Assembly: GCA_007375995.1 (NCBI GenBank)
Contig: VMFK01000001.1
Location: forward strand, 1 to 43,043
From: Parcubacteria group bacterium Gr01-1014_56
GTDB taxonomy: Bacteria > Patescibacteriota > Minisyncoccia > Phycocordibacterales > SBAW01
DNA: 43,043 nucleotides
Direction: 5' to 3'
Shown: positions 6,504 through 15,557 of the stretch, piece by piece
Layout: each line of letters begins with the position of its first letter
Numbering within the stretch: position 1 is the stretch's first letter
The notes under the pieces: model-generated
Seen by the model: only the letters and a program-made list of their open reading frames with translations
Told to the model about the DNA's origin: nothing
Database searches by the model: none
Program-made: the position numbers and the translations under genes

Positions 6504-9182
6504 ATGCCAGAGAAGTTTAAGAAGCCCTATGACCACACAGCTGTGGAGGCTGCGGTGTATAAAAAATGGGAGGAGTCGGGCTACTTTAACCCCGATAACC
6601 TACCCGGCGAGCGCAAAGAGGTCTACTCGATCATAATGCCGCCTCCCAATGCCAACGGCTCGCTCCACGTGGGCCATGCCCTCTTTGTGACGCTCCAAGA
6701 CCTGTTTATCCGCTACAAGCGTATGTCTGGATTTAAGACCTTGTGGCTCCCCGGAGCAGACCATGCCGGTTTTGAAACACAGTTAGTGTATGAAAAAAAA
6801 TTAGAGAAAGAGGGCCGCTCACGCTTTAAGATGGACCGCGATGAGTTTTATAAAGAGACACTTGCCTTCACACAAACAAACAAAGTATTTATGGAGAGCC
6901 AACTCCGGCAGCTAGGCGCCTCCTGCGATTGGTCACGCGAGAAATTTACACTTGACCCGGACATTATAAAAACAGTTTATGGAACATTTGAGCAGCTTTA
7001 CAAAGACGGCCTCGCCTACCGCGGTGTGAGGCCTGTTAATTGGAGTACAAAATACCAAACCTCGCTGTCTGATTTAGAAACTAAAACAATTGAGCGAAAA
7101 GATCCGTTGTACTACCTTAAATACGGGCCGTTTGTGTTGGCAACCGTACGCCCTGAGACAAAATTTGGCGACACTGCTGTTGCGGTTAACCCAAATGACA
7201 AACGCTATCAAGAGTGGGTCGGCAAAGAAATTGAATTTGATGGTCTTATCGGCCCAGTCAAACTTAGAGTTATTGCAGACGAGTATGTCGACATGGAGTT
7301 TGGCACTGGCGTTGTCAAAATCACTCCCGCGCACGACCCGAACGACTTTGAGGTTGCACAGCGCCATGGCCTCCCCGCAGTCGAGGTGATCGACAAATAC
7401 GGCAGACTGACAGAAAAGTGCGGTAAGTATGCTGGCATGAAGGTGATGGAAGCGCGCGCGGCTGTTGCAAAAGACCTTGCGGAAAAAGGATTGCTAGAAA
7501 AAGTGGACGAAAACTATACCCACACGATTTTAGTTAACTACAAAAACGAAAACGATATTTTAGAGCCTCGAATCATGCCGCAGTGGTTTATTAAGATGCA
7601 ACCGTTGGCAGAAAAAGCTCGCGAGGCAGTCGAGCAAGGAAAGATAAAATTTGTCACCGACTACCACCAGAAAATATTCTTTCATTGGCTCGATAACTTG
7701 CGCGACTGGAACATCTCACGCCAAATCATTTGGGGCATCCCTATCCCCGCGTGGTATTGCCTCAAGTGCAAAAAACCACAAATAAATTTCAAAATAAAAT
7801 CTAAATGGTTTCTGATAAGGCACGGGTTAACTGAACTAAACGTAAAAGAACTCCTCCAAGGAATGAGCGACTCTAAGCTCACCCCTGAAGGCATTGCCCA
7901 GGCAAAAGCCGCGGGAGAGCGTCTAAAAAATCAGGGTATCGCTATGATAATTAGCTCAGACCTTGGCCGATGTAAGGAAACATCTGAAATAATTGCTGAG
8001 GCAATAGGCGCATCGATTGTATATGATGAGATTTTGCGAGAAAGAGATTTTCGCTCTCTTGAGAAAACATCGTACAAGGATTTTATGGAGAAACAGACGG
8101 TGCCTGGAGTACGCAATTATGACATTCGCCTGGCGGATGAGGAAACGTACCAAGAGGTGGAGGAGCGAGTATGGGGCGCTTTTACAAAACACCAAGCAGA
8201 GCATGGGGGGAAAAATATACTGATAGTAAGTCATGGTGCGGTAACTCGCGCGCTATTAAAAAAGATCAAAGACCTCACTCCGGGTGACGCAATGAGTACG
8301 CCTGCGGTAGAAAATGGCGAAATTTTTGCCCTTGAGGTATCCGAGGACCCCTGTTCTCAATGTGGTGGAGACCTTTTTGAGCACGACAGCGACACCTTTG
8401 ACACATGGTTTTCCTCCGGCCAGTGGCCGTTTGCGACGCTTGGCTACCCAGACTCGTCGGATTTCAAAACCTACTACCCAACGAACGTGATGGAGACCGG
8501 GTATGACATTCTTTTCTTTTGGGTGATGCGGATGATCATGCTTGGGCTCTATCGCACTGGCGAGGTGCCGTTTCGCGATGTGTATTTGCACGGACTTATC
8601 CGCGATGCGAACAAGCAGAAGATGAGTAAGAGCAAGGGCAACGTTATCAACCCGCTTGATGTTGCGAGTGTGTACGGGACTGACGCTTTGCGTATGGCGC
8701 TCTTGGTCGGTAACACTCCAGGGGCTGATATGTCGCTCGCAGAGGATAAAATTAAAGCGTATAAACTATTCTCAAACAAACTCTGGAACATCGCGCGGTT
8801 CGTGCTTGATGGTACAGACGGTACGGTGCCAGGAGCGTTAAACGAAGCTGATCAAAAGCTGCGCGACGAGTGCGACGCGCTTATTGTGGACGTGACTGAG
8901 GACCTCAATAAATATCGCGTGTATATGGCGGCTGAAAAGCTCTACCATTATATCTGGGACCGCTTAGCCGCTGAGATTCTTGAAGAAAGTAAACCTCTGC
9001 TCAAAGGTTCTGACGCGGCGGCAAAGTCATCACGCCAAACACTCCTTCTCTCTCTCCTATCAGACTCACTTAAACTTCTGCATCCGTTTATGCCCTTTGT
9101 GACTGAGGAGATCTGGGGCTCAATGCCAGGAACTCGGGACCTGTTGATGGTTGAAGCATGGCCATCCAAAGCCAGCGAATAA
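6504..9182 (+). CDS. valS: Valine--tRNA ligase with a nested histidine-phosphatase domain
   Basis: HIGH-type PNANGSLHVGHAL, editing-domain TRPET..GDTAV and GTGVVKITPAHDPND, DTWFSSGQWPF, KMSKS. An insert with RHG/SHG motifs lies between CLKC and CSQC. Confidence 0.9.
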   Translation: MPEKFKKPYDHTAVEAAVYKKWEESGYFNPDNLPGERKEVYSIIMPPPNANGSLHVGHALFVTLQDLFIRYKRMSGFKTLWLPGADHAGFETQLVYEKKLEKEGRSRFKMDRDEFYKETLAFTQTNKVFMESQLRQLGASCDWSREKFTLDPDIIKTVYGTFEQLYKDGLAYRGVRPVNWSTKYQTSLSDLETKTIERKDPLYYLKYGPFVLATVRPETKFGDTAVAVNPNDKRYQEWVGKEIEFDGLIGPVKLRVIADEYVDMEFGTGVVKITPAHDPNDFEVAQRHGLPAVEVIDKYGRLTEKCGKYAGMKVMEARAAVAKDLAEKGLLEKVDENYTHTILVNYKNENDILEPRIMPQWFIKMQPLAEKAREAVEQGKIKFVTDYHQKIFFHWLDNLRDWNISRQIIWGIPIPAWYCLKCKKPQINFKIKSKWFLIRHGLTELNVKELLQGMSDSKLTPEGIAQAKAAGERLKNQGIAMIISSDLGRCKETSEIIAEAIGASIVYDEILRERDFRSLEKTSYKDFMEKQTVPGVRNYDIRLADEETYQEVEERVWGAFTKHQAEHGGKNILIVSHGAVTRALLKKIKDLTPGDAMSTPAVENGEIFALEVSEDPCSQCGGDLFEHDSDTFDTWFSSGQWPFATLGYPDSSDFKTYYPTNVMETGYDILFFWVMRMIMLGLYRTGEVPFRDVYLHGLIRDANKQKMSKSKGNVINPLDVASVYGTDALRMALLVGNTPGADMSLAEDKIKAYKLFSNKLWNIARFVLDGTDGTVPGALNEADQKLRDECDALIVDVTEDLNKYRVYMAAEKLYHYIWDRLAAEILEESKPLLKGSDAAAKSSRQTLLLSLLSDSLKLLHPFMPFVTEEIWGSMPGTRDLLMVEAWPSKASE

Positions 9183-9202
9183 AACCACGATATACTAGTT
9201 AG

Positions 9203-9919
9203 ATGCTCTCTCCGGCTCTGTTTATTGCATTTCTGGGCGGAGTTTTGCCCGCTCTCCTGTGGCTCACTTTCTGGCTACTGGAGGACCGCTTGCACCCAGA
9301 GCCCAAGCGCTACATATTTTTTTGTTTTATCGCGGGGATGATCCTGGTAACCCCTATCCATATCGGGGACTACCTTTTTGGTATCGTGCTCCCGCTAGAA
9401 AAGCTCGCTCTGCTGCATCTCTCTGGCATTAAACTCCTTTTTGTTTGGGCCTTTATTGAGGAGGTGGCAAAATTTGCCGCTGCCTACGTCGTGGCACTGC
9501 GTGCGCGGGTTTTTGACGAACCGCTCGATGCAGTGATCTACCTTGTCACGGTCGCACTTGGGTTTTCAGCAGCAGAAAACGCCTTGTTTTTAATGAACCC
9601 GCTCACCCAAGGCAATATCCTCCAAATCGTGGTGACCGGAGACCTGCGTTTTATCGGCGCGACGCTGCTGCACACGCTTTCCTCCGCCACTATAGGCATC
9701 GCACTTGCCTTTGCGTTCTATAAAGGGCGAGAGGCGAGACTGTGGGCCGCCCTTTGGGGAGTTGTCCTTGCCGTTGCCTTGCATACGTTATTTAATTTTT
9801 TTATACTTAAGGCTGGTAGTGCATCAACCTTCTGGATCTTCCTTATTATCTGGCTTGGCATTATCGCAGTCTTACTTGGGGTCGAGCGGATAAAGAAGCC
9901 CGCTCCTATCTATTCGTAA
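9203..9919 (+). CDS. PrsW-family intramembrane glutamic protease
   Basis: Polytopic membrane protein with FIEEVAKF (EExxK) and LHTLFNFF (HxxxN) motifs. Confidence 0.7.
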   Translation: MLSPALFIAFLGGVLPALLWLTFWLLEDRLHPEPKRYIFFCFIAGMILVTPIHIGDYLFGIVLPLEKLALLHLSGIKLLFVWAFIEEVAKFAAAYVVALRARVFDEPLDAVIYLVTVALGFSAAENALFLMNPLTQGNILQIVVTGDLRFIGATLLHTLSSATIGIALAFAFYKGREARLWAALWGVVLAVALHTLFNFFILKAGSASTFWIFLIIWLGIIAVLLGVERIKKPAPIYS

Positions 9920-9940
9920 TCTCTTTTTAGTTATCTTATT

Positions 9941-10453
9941 ATGGCGCGCGACAAAAAATCCTTATTTACTTGGCTAACCGGCGGTGGCGTCGAGCAAGAT
10001 TACTCTTTCGATGACTTAGAGAGCGGCCCGGGGTTTCTGCCGCCGCGCTCTACACAAAAGCGCTCTGCCTCACCCGCGCGTGAGCGAGAAGAGCAGGAAA
10101 CAAGCGCTATTGAGGAGGCCGTGGAGGGCGAGCTTTCTGTCGACGTGTATCAAACCCCTACTCATATAGTAATTAAGGCCATGATCGCCGGGGTTAGGCC
10201 TGAGGACCTCGACGTCTCTATCACCCGCGACATGGTCACGATCCGCGGCAAGCGCGAGCAACACACCGAAGGCTCCACGGGCGACTTTTTCTTTCAGGAG
10301 CTTTATTGGGGCTCTTTTAGCCGCACGGTTGTGCTCCCCCAGGAGGTAGAGATAGAAGAAGCCGAGGCTGTAGAGAAGCACGGCCTCCTCGTGATCCGCC
10401 TCCCCAAAATGGACAAAAGCCGCCAAGCAAAACTCAAAGTCAGATCAAACTAA
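9941..10453 (+). CDS. Hsp20/alpha-crystallin small heat-shock protein
   Basis: The alpha-crystallin domain runs from LSVDVYQTPTHIVIKAMIAGVRPEDLDVSI through GSFSRTVVLP to GLLVIRLPK. Confidence 0.85.
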   Translation: MARDKKSLFTWLTGGGVEQDYSFDDLESGPGFLPPRSTQKRSASPAREREEQETSAIEEAVEGELSVDVYQTPTHIVIKAMIAGVRPEDLDVSITRDMVTIRGKREQHTEGSTGDFFFQELYWGSFSRTVVLPQEVEIEEAEAVEKHGLLVIRLPKMDKSRQAKLKVRSN

Positions 10454-10476
10454 AAATCCCCTGAGGGGGATTTTTA
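10452..10476 (+). terminator. Rho-independent terminator after the Hsp20 gene
   Basis: AAAAATCCCC-TGA-GGGGGATTTTT hairpin overlapping the TAA stop (10451-10453) by 2 nt. Confidence 0.7.
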
Positions 10477-10552
10477 GTTATGGCGTGTGCACTGTCTCGA
10501 AGACTCCCAGTACACACTAAAAATGTACTCGCAAAGCCTCCTTATTTTTAGG

Positions 10553-10625
10553 TGCTTGGGGCCGGGATCGAACCGGCGACCCCCTCCTCTTCAGGGAGAT
10601 GCTCTACCAACTGAGCTACCCAAGC
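10553..10625 (-). tRNA. tRNA-Phe (anticodon GAA)
   Basis: GCTTGGGTAGCTCAGTTGGTAGAGC..., anticodon loop CTGAAGA, T arm GCCGG-TTCGATC-CCGGC. Confidence 0.85.
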
Positions 10626-10668
10626 AATACAAGGGATTCTAGCAAATATCGTGAGATTTAGAAACTCC

Positions 10669-10926
10669 TTATTGGGGCAGGAACCCTTGTGCTTTTTGTT
10701 GAAGTTCTTGGATGTTGTTATACATAGCTAATACCTGATTTATATACGGTTGAAAGTAGAGATAACTGTACACTGACGCCCCGACAAGAACCGCGATCCA
10801 AAGTAGCCGCATAAAGCGAGATACCCATGCGCTACGACGCATGCCGTGAAGTATTTTATTGTTCTCTTCTGAAAGCGCGACACTTCGACGCACCAGCTCT
10901 TTGAGCTCTTCTATTTGTTGATCCAC
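10669..10926 (-). CDS. Hypothetical small membrane protein
   Basis: 85-aa ORF with an N-terminal coiled segment and one TM helix (LLWIAVLVGASVYSYLYF). No recognisable family. Confidence 0.45.
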   Translation of the reverse strand: MDQQIEELKELVRRSVALSEENNKILHGMRRSAWVSRFMRLLWIAVLVGASVYSYLYFQPYINQVLAMYNNIQELQQKAQGFLPQ

Positions 10927-10941
10927 ACTTTGATTTTATCA

Positions 10942-11013
10942 TGCCCTCGCCAAGAGTCGAACTTGGATTCTCGCGTTAGGAGTGCGAAGTTCTGTCCGTT
11001 GAACTACGAGGGC
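10942..11013 (-). tRNA. tRNA-Arg (anticodon CCU)
   Basis: GCCCTCGTAGTTCAACGGACAGAAC..., anticodon loop CTCCTAA, T arm CCAAG-TTCGACT-CTTGG. There is an A31-C39 mismatch. Confidence 0.8.
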
Positions 11014-11038
11014 TACCGATACCCAACACCAAAAAAAA

Positions 11039-11281
11039 TTACGCTTCTAGCCCCAGTTTTTGTGCTAGACGCTCGCGCGAGAAACCAACCATCGCGTCTC
11101 CGCCGATCACAATAACCGGCACACCTAATTGTCCAGTGAGCTGGATCATCTCTGCGCGTTTTGTCGCGTCACTTGCAACATCATAGTTAGTGTACTCCAC
11201 TCCTTTTTCAGTAAAAAATTCTTTTGCCATTTGGCAAAAGTGACAGGTCGGAGTCGAGTAAATAGTGACGTGTTTATCCAT
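11039..11281 (-). CDS. Glutaredoxin-like (NrdH/Grx family) small redox protein
   Basis: 80 aa. TIYSTPTCHFCQMAKEFF has the CxxC active site, and the Grx-type GVPVIVIGG motif is present. Confidence 0.8.
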   Translation of the reverse strand: MDKHVTIYSTPTCHFCQMAKEFFTEKGVEYTNYDVASDATKRAEMIQLTGQLGVPVIVIGGDAMVGFSRERLAQKLGLEA

Positions 11282-11327
11282 AAGTTTATTTGTTATAACT
11301 TTTCTTTCAGTATAACATACGTGTCAA

Positions 11328-11398
11328 GCGGGATTAGTTCAGTGGCAGAACGAGTGCTTCCCAAGCATTAGGCGCGAGTCCGATTCTCGCATCCCGCA
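11328..11398 (+). tRNA. tRNA-Gly (anticodon CCC)
   Basis: GCGGGATTAGTTCAGTGGCAGAAC..., anticodon loop TTCCCAA, T arm GCGAG-TCCGATT-CTCGC. Confidence 0.85.
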
Positions 11399-11401
11399 TG
11401 G

Positions 11402-11794
11402 TTACCAACCGAAGAAAGAATGAAATGTGCGTATTAGAGCGTTCTCTTTTTGAGCCGCCGCTTCAGTCGTTGAAGCTTCATCGCGCACGATTTGTATCGC
11501 GCCCTCTCCGGGGCGGGCGACGCCAAAGCGCTCTCTGACTGCTCGTTCGACTCCCTCTTGCGACTCAAAGGATGCGACAGAAGCGCTGAGGCGCGTGTGG
11601 TCACTCTTAAGTGAGGCGAGCTGCCCTTCGGCACTTTCGCGAGCATCAACGGCAATTTTTAAAGTGTCGTACATCCCCCAGGCCGCTCGGACAACCACTA
11701 CGGTGAGCAAAAAAAGTACCAGCGTCCCCATACTTACGGCAAAAAACTTGAGTATAGTTGAGCCGGTTGGTTGTCGCTTTTTGAATTCTCGCAT
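11402..11794 (-). CDS. Septum formation initiator (FtsB/DivIC-like)
   Basis: One TM helix, a coiled coil, and the C-terminal VERAVRERFGVARPGEGAIQIV motif typical of FtsB/DivIC. The start is placed at the internal ATG at 11794 and is uncertain. Confidence 0.6.
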   Translation of the reverse strand: MREFKKRQPTGSTILKFFAVSMGTLVLFLLTVVVVRAAWGMYDTLKIAVDARESAEGQLASLKSDHTRLSASVASFESQEGVERAVRERFGVARPGEGAIQIVRDEASTTEAAAQKENALIRTFHSFFGW

Positions 11795-11930
11795 ATATGC
11801 TAAGCTTTTGTGTATGTTTGGAATGTTTGGAAAAAACCGCGACCGATACAATAAGATCTTCTCTTGGGTGGTTGGAGTTGCTGTGATCGTTAGTATGCTT
11901 TTGGCGTACTTCTCCCTCCTTATCTAGGGC

Positions 11931-11970
11931 AAATTAAAAAGGCACAGATCGCTCTGAAGCGTATCTGTCC
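11931..11970 (-). terminator. Probable terminator downstream of lepA
   Basis: On the minus strand, an ACAGAT-A-CGCT-TCAG-AGCG-ATCTGT hairpin followed by GCC and TTTTTAATTT. Confidence 0.45.
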
Positions 11971-12034
11971 CTGTGCTCTAGATACTACACCGCTGTGCCC
12001 CAAGCCCCAAGGCTCTCTCCTGTGGATATCTTTC

Positions 12035-13861
12035 TTATTCGCTCTTCACCATCTTGAGGAAGACGTCTTCGGGTATATTGACCCGACCCCGCTCTTTCAT
12101 TTTTGCCTTCCCCTCCTTTTGTTTCTTCCAGAGCTTCATTTTGCGTGTCCGGTCGCCTCCATACATATGTTGGGTCACGTTTTTACTCATTGCAGGAAGG
12201 GTTCTTGAGGAGATAATCCGACCGAGCGCCACTCCCTGGATTTTGGTAGCAAACATCTGCCGCGGCAAAATCCCGTATAGTTTTTCAACCGCGGCAATTG
12301 CCTCTTCGTCTACACGATGCTTCGCGACAATACGAGAGAACGCGGGCACCATTCCGTCCGCAACAAGGATATCAAGCCGTGCTACGTCAGCAGGCCGGAG
12401 CTCACGCAACTCGTAGGAGATAGAAGCATAGCCCTGGGAGACGCTTTTCATCTTGTCGAAGAAGTTGCGCATCAATTCTCTCAGCGGCATCATAACTCGT
12501 ATCATCATCCGCCCTTCTGAAAAGACATCGGTCGACTGGGCGGTGGCCTCATGCTCAAACAAAAGTGGCGTCACGCTGCCCAAAAGATGTGCGGGGAGAA
12601 TTATTTCGGCTGATACAAACGGTTCCCACACATGGACGATTTCGTTATAGGGAGGAAAAGCTGAAGGAGAATAAACGGTGCGACGCTGTCCAGTACTTGT
12701 TTCCACTTCATACGTAATAGTGGGAGTAGTTACTACAAGCGAGAGATTAAATTCGCGCTTCAAACGCTCGGTGATTATCTCAAGGTGGAGCATCCCGAGT
12801 AGCCCGCAGCGAAAACCTCTCCCGAGCATGCCAGAAGCCTCTTCTTCAAACGAGAGCGAGGAATCAGAAAGTCTTAGGCGCGAGAGTGACTGCTTAAGTG
12901 CGGTGAAATCGTCTTGCGACTCAGGGTAGACACTCGCCCACACTACCGGCTTGGGTTCTGCATAGCCGGAGAGCGGCAGGGTACTAGAGCCTCTCCTGCG
13001 TATCGTATCTCCTACGCGAGCAACTCCTGGCTCTTTGATGCCGGTCACGATGTAGCCGATAGAGCCGAGACCTAGCTCGGGCGCAGGAGTAGGTTTGGGA
13101 GAAAAAGTTCCGACCTCAAGCGCACTGAACCTACGCCCGCTTGCGGCAAACTCCAACGTGTCTCCTTTTTTTATACTGCCGCCAAACATGCGTAGGTACA
13201 CAATGACTCCTTGGTGGTCGGAGTATTGAAAATCAAAAATAAGAGCCTGCGGCTCTGCAGACAAAACAGTGGTAGGCGGCGGCACGCGCTCGATAACTGC
13301 GTGCAGGAGTTCCTCGACCCCTTCCCCCGTTCTACCAGAACATAAAAGAATATCGCTCTCAGGAATCTCGAGCAACGCTCCGACTTGTGTCTTCACTCCC
13401 TTTATATCAGCGAGTGGCGAATCAATTTTAGAAATCGCAGGGATTATCACAAGCCCAAGCTCGCGTGCACTCCTAAGCGTCGTGAGTGTTTGTGCTTGCA
13501 CACCCTGTGTCGCGTCCACAAGTAAAATAGTTCCTTCAACAGCGGTGAGTGCGCGCGAAACTTCGTAAGAGAAGTCGATATGCCCTGGCGTATCTATTAA
13601 ATTTAATTCATAGGTACTGTTAGCAAGGTTCGACCTTGCTGGGTCCAGCAAGGTCGAACCTTGCTGCGGATTCCAAAGCATTCTAACGGGCTGCATTTTG
13701 ATCGTGATCCCACGCTCGCGCTCAAGCTCCATAGAGTCGAGCACCTGCTCGCGCATTTTTCGCTTTTCTATGGTGCCCGTTGACTCAAGAAACCGGTCAG
13801 CAAGAGTGGACTTGCCGTGGTCAATGTGGGCAATAATGGAGAAATTTCTGATGTGTTGCAT
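12035..13861 (-). CDS. lepA: Elongation factor 4 (LepA)
   Basis: IRNFSIIAHIDHGKSTLADR, LIDTPGHIDF and C-terminal YGGDRTRKMKLWKKQKEGKAKMK, collinear with LepA throughout. Confidence 0.92.
   Translation of the reverse strand: MQHIRNFSIIAHIDHGKSTLADRFLESTGTIEKRKMREQVLDSMELERERGITIKMQPVRMLWNPQQGSTLLDPARSNLANSTYELNLIDTPGHIDFSYEVSRALTAVEGTILLVDATQGVQAQTLTTLRSARELGLVIIPAISKIDSPLADIKGVKTQVGALLEIPESDILLCSGRTGEGVEELLHAVIERVPPPTTVLSAEPQALIFDFQYSDHQGVIVYLRMFGGSIKKGDTLEFAASGRRFSALEVGTFSPKPTPAPELGLGSIGYIVTGIKEPGVARVGDTIRRRGSSTLPLSGYAEPKPVVWASVYPESQDDFTALKQSLSRLRLSDSSLSFEEEASGMLGRGFRCGLLGMLHLEIITERLKREFNLSLVVTTPTITYEVETSTGQRRTVYSPSAFPPYNEIVHVWEPFVSAEIILPAHLLGSVTPLLFEHEATAQSTDVFSEGRMMIRVMMPLRELMRNFFDKMKSVSQGYASISYELRELRPADVARLDILVADGMVPAFSRIVAKHRVDEEAIAAVEKLYGILPRQMFATKIQGVALGRIISSRTLPAMSKNVTQHMYGGDRTRKMKLWKKQKEGKAKMKERGRVNIPEDVFLKMVKSE
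13622..13665. repeat. Perfect 21-bp inverted repeat with a 2-nt centre, inside lepA
   Basis: AGCAAGGTTCGACCTTGCTGG-gt-CCAGCAAGGTCGAACCTTGCT. Each arm is itself hairpin-capable (AGCAAGG-TTCGA-CCTTGCT). Confidence 0.9.
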
Positions 13862-13866
13862 CTGGT

Positions 13867-15552
13867 TCAGGCGACGTCGCTTGGCTCAACCGCAATGATC
13901 TCAGAGCTCTTGAGGCGTTTCTTCCCAAGGGCTCCAACGATTTCTGCAAGCTCTTTGCTCTTGAGGAGCCATAATACGCCTGCTGTAGCTATAAGGCCAA
14001 TAGAGCCAGCGACAGCCCCTTGGGAGACAATGCCGAGGAGTGTCTGCGTGTCGACCACCGGCTCAAAGAGCTGGAGGGTAAGGTAGGTGGCCACGCCACC
14101 CACTATAGACGCCGTAAAGCTCTGGAGTGAAAGGCGCAGGACCCCCCCGAGCGGCAAGTTAAAGTCCCTGGAGAGCATCCATAGGCCAAGCAGGCACTGG
14201 GTAAGAGAGCCGACCGAAATTCCAAGTGGAAGCATTAGTACCGAGGTCCCTGGTACATCTCCGACGCGCAACAAAGACTCAACAAGTGTTTTAAAAAACT
14301 CATTGCTCCGAAACAGAAGCAAAAGTCCGATAGCCGACGATACCGAGAAAACAATATTAACCGCTGCTAAAAAAAGCGGCTTGCCAGTATTGCCCGCCGC
14401 GTAGTATGCCCTTGCGATTAAAAGAAATATCGCTTGCGCAAGTAAAGAGAACACGAAGAGCGCTAACGCCGCCGCGGTTAGCCTTGTTGCCGACCAATCA
14501 AACGCCCCTGCTCCTAAAACTGAACGGACAAGGTGTGCGCGCAAAACTATAATGAGTACACTCGCTGGAATCGCCCAGAAAATAATATGTCGGAGCGCTC
14601 CTTCTATATGCTTGATAAATTCTTCGCGGTGGCCGCTCTGAAAGAACCGCGCAAGAGTGGGGAAAGCCGCTACTGAGTACGAGACGCCGATAATAGTGAG
14701 CGGTACTGCCTGCAAGTTACTCGCAAAGGTGAAAATTGAGATTGACCCCACAGTTAGTATCGACGCGAGTGCGACAAGACACAACAAAGTGATCTGGCCG
14801 GCAGCCAAGGAGAGCGTGCGCGGCACGGAGAGCACAAGCACTTCGCGCAATATTTTGAACGTTTCTTTAAACGATAAACGTCGCTCGGTTTTCTCTCCAA
14901 AGAAAAATGGGGCCTGCACCAGTGCGTGGAGTAAGGCCCCGATAACCACTCCCCACCCTAGCCCCGCGATACCCATCTTGGGGTACAGTGCCACAATCCC
15001 AAAGATAATCCCAAGGTTATAGAAGAGCGGGCTGATCGAGTAGAGCAAAAAACGGTGTCTCAGCTGCGTTAGGTTGGCGAAGAGATTTGAGAGCCCGAGT
15101 AAAATCGGCTGCAGAAGCAAAATGCGAGTGAGAAGTATGAGCGACTCTCTGCTTGCCCCTTCTGCAATACCCGGTGCGATTGAGGAAACTAGCCATGGTG
15201 TACACACAAACGCCACTCCTGAGACGACCGCCATCGCGACAAAAAACAAGAGTAGCGTATTGCGCATGAACGCAATAACTAAGGACTCGTGTTCACGTTC
15301 AAGCCGGGAGAGAATCGGCAAAAGTGCATAGAGTGAAAGAAGCGAAGCAACCGTTGCGAACAGGAAGTCTGGTATGCGAAATGCCGCGTAATAGACGTCG
15401 AGTGTATGCCCAGCACCAAACGCCGCGGCAAGAAGGCGGTCACGTACAAGCGCTAGGAGCTGCGAGCCTAGCGCAAAGAGCGCAAGCACATAGGCCGCTT
15501 GGTGCATCCCCCGAACTTCAAGCCCAACACTCTGGAGAAAGGAGCGCACCAT
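13867..15552 (-). CDS. murJ: Lipid II flippase MurJ (MviN family)
   Basis: Polytopic 561-aa protein. The N-terminus LALVRDRLLAAAFGAGHTLDVYYAAFRIPDFLF matches the MurJ signature. Confidence 0.8.
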   Translation of the reverse strand: MVRSFLQSVGLEVRGMHQAAYVLALFALGSQLLALVRDRLLAAAFGAGHTLDVYYAAFRIPDFLFATVASLLSLYALLPILSRLEREHESLVIAFMRNTLLLFFVAMAVVSGVAFVCTPWLVSSIAPGIAEGASRESLILLTRILLLQPILLGLSNLFANLTQLRHRFLLYSISPLFYNLGIIFGIVALYPKMGIAGLGWGVVIGALLHALVQAPFFFGEKTERRLSFKETFKILREVLVLSVPRTLSLAAGQITLLCLVALASILTVGSISIFTFASNLQAVPLTIIGVSYSVAAFPTLARFFQSGHREEFIKHIEGALRHIIFWAIPASVLIIVLRAHLVRSVLGAGAFDWSATRLTAAALALFVFSLLAQAIFLLIARAYYAAGNTGKPLFLAAVNIVFSVSSAIGLLLLFRSNEFFKTLVESLLRVGDVPGTSVLMLPLGISVGSLTQCLLGLWMLSRDFNLPLGGVLRLSLQSFTASIVGGVATYLTLQLFEPVVDTQTLLGIVSQGAVAGSIGLIATAGVLWLLKSKELAEIVGALGKKRLKSSEIIAVEPSDVA

Positions 15553-15557
15553 TGTCT

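Noticed and set aside
7770-8351. Intein inside ValRS
   Set aside because: There is no Cys/Ser/Thr at the upstream junction, no His-Asn plus Cys/Ser/Thr at the downstream junction, and there are no Hint-block motifs. The insert instead carries RHG, SHG and other histidine-phosphatase motifs.
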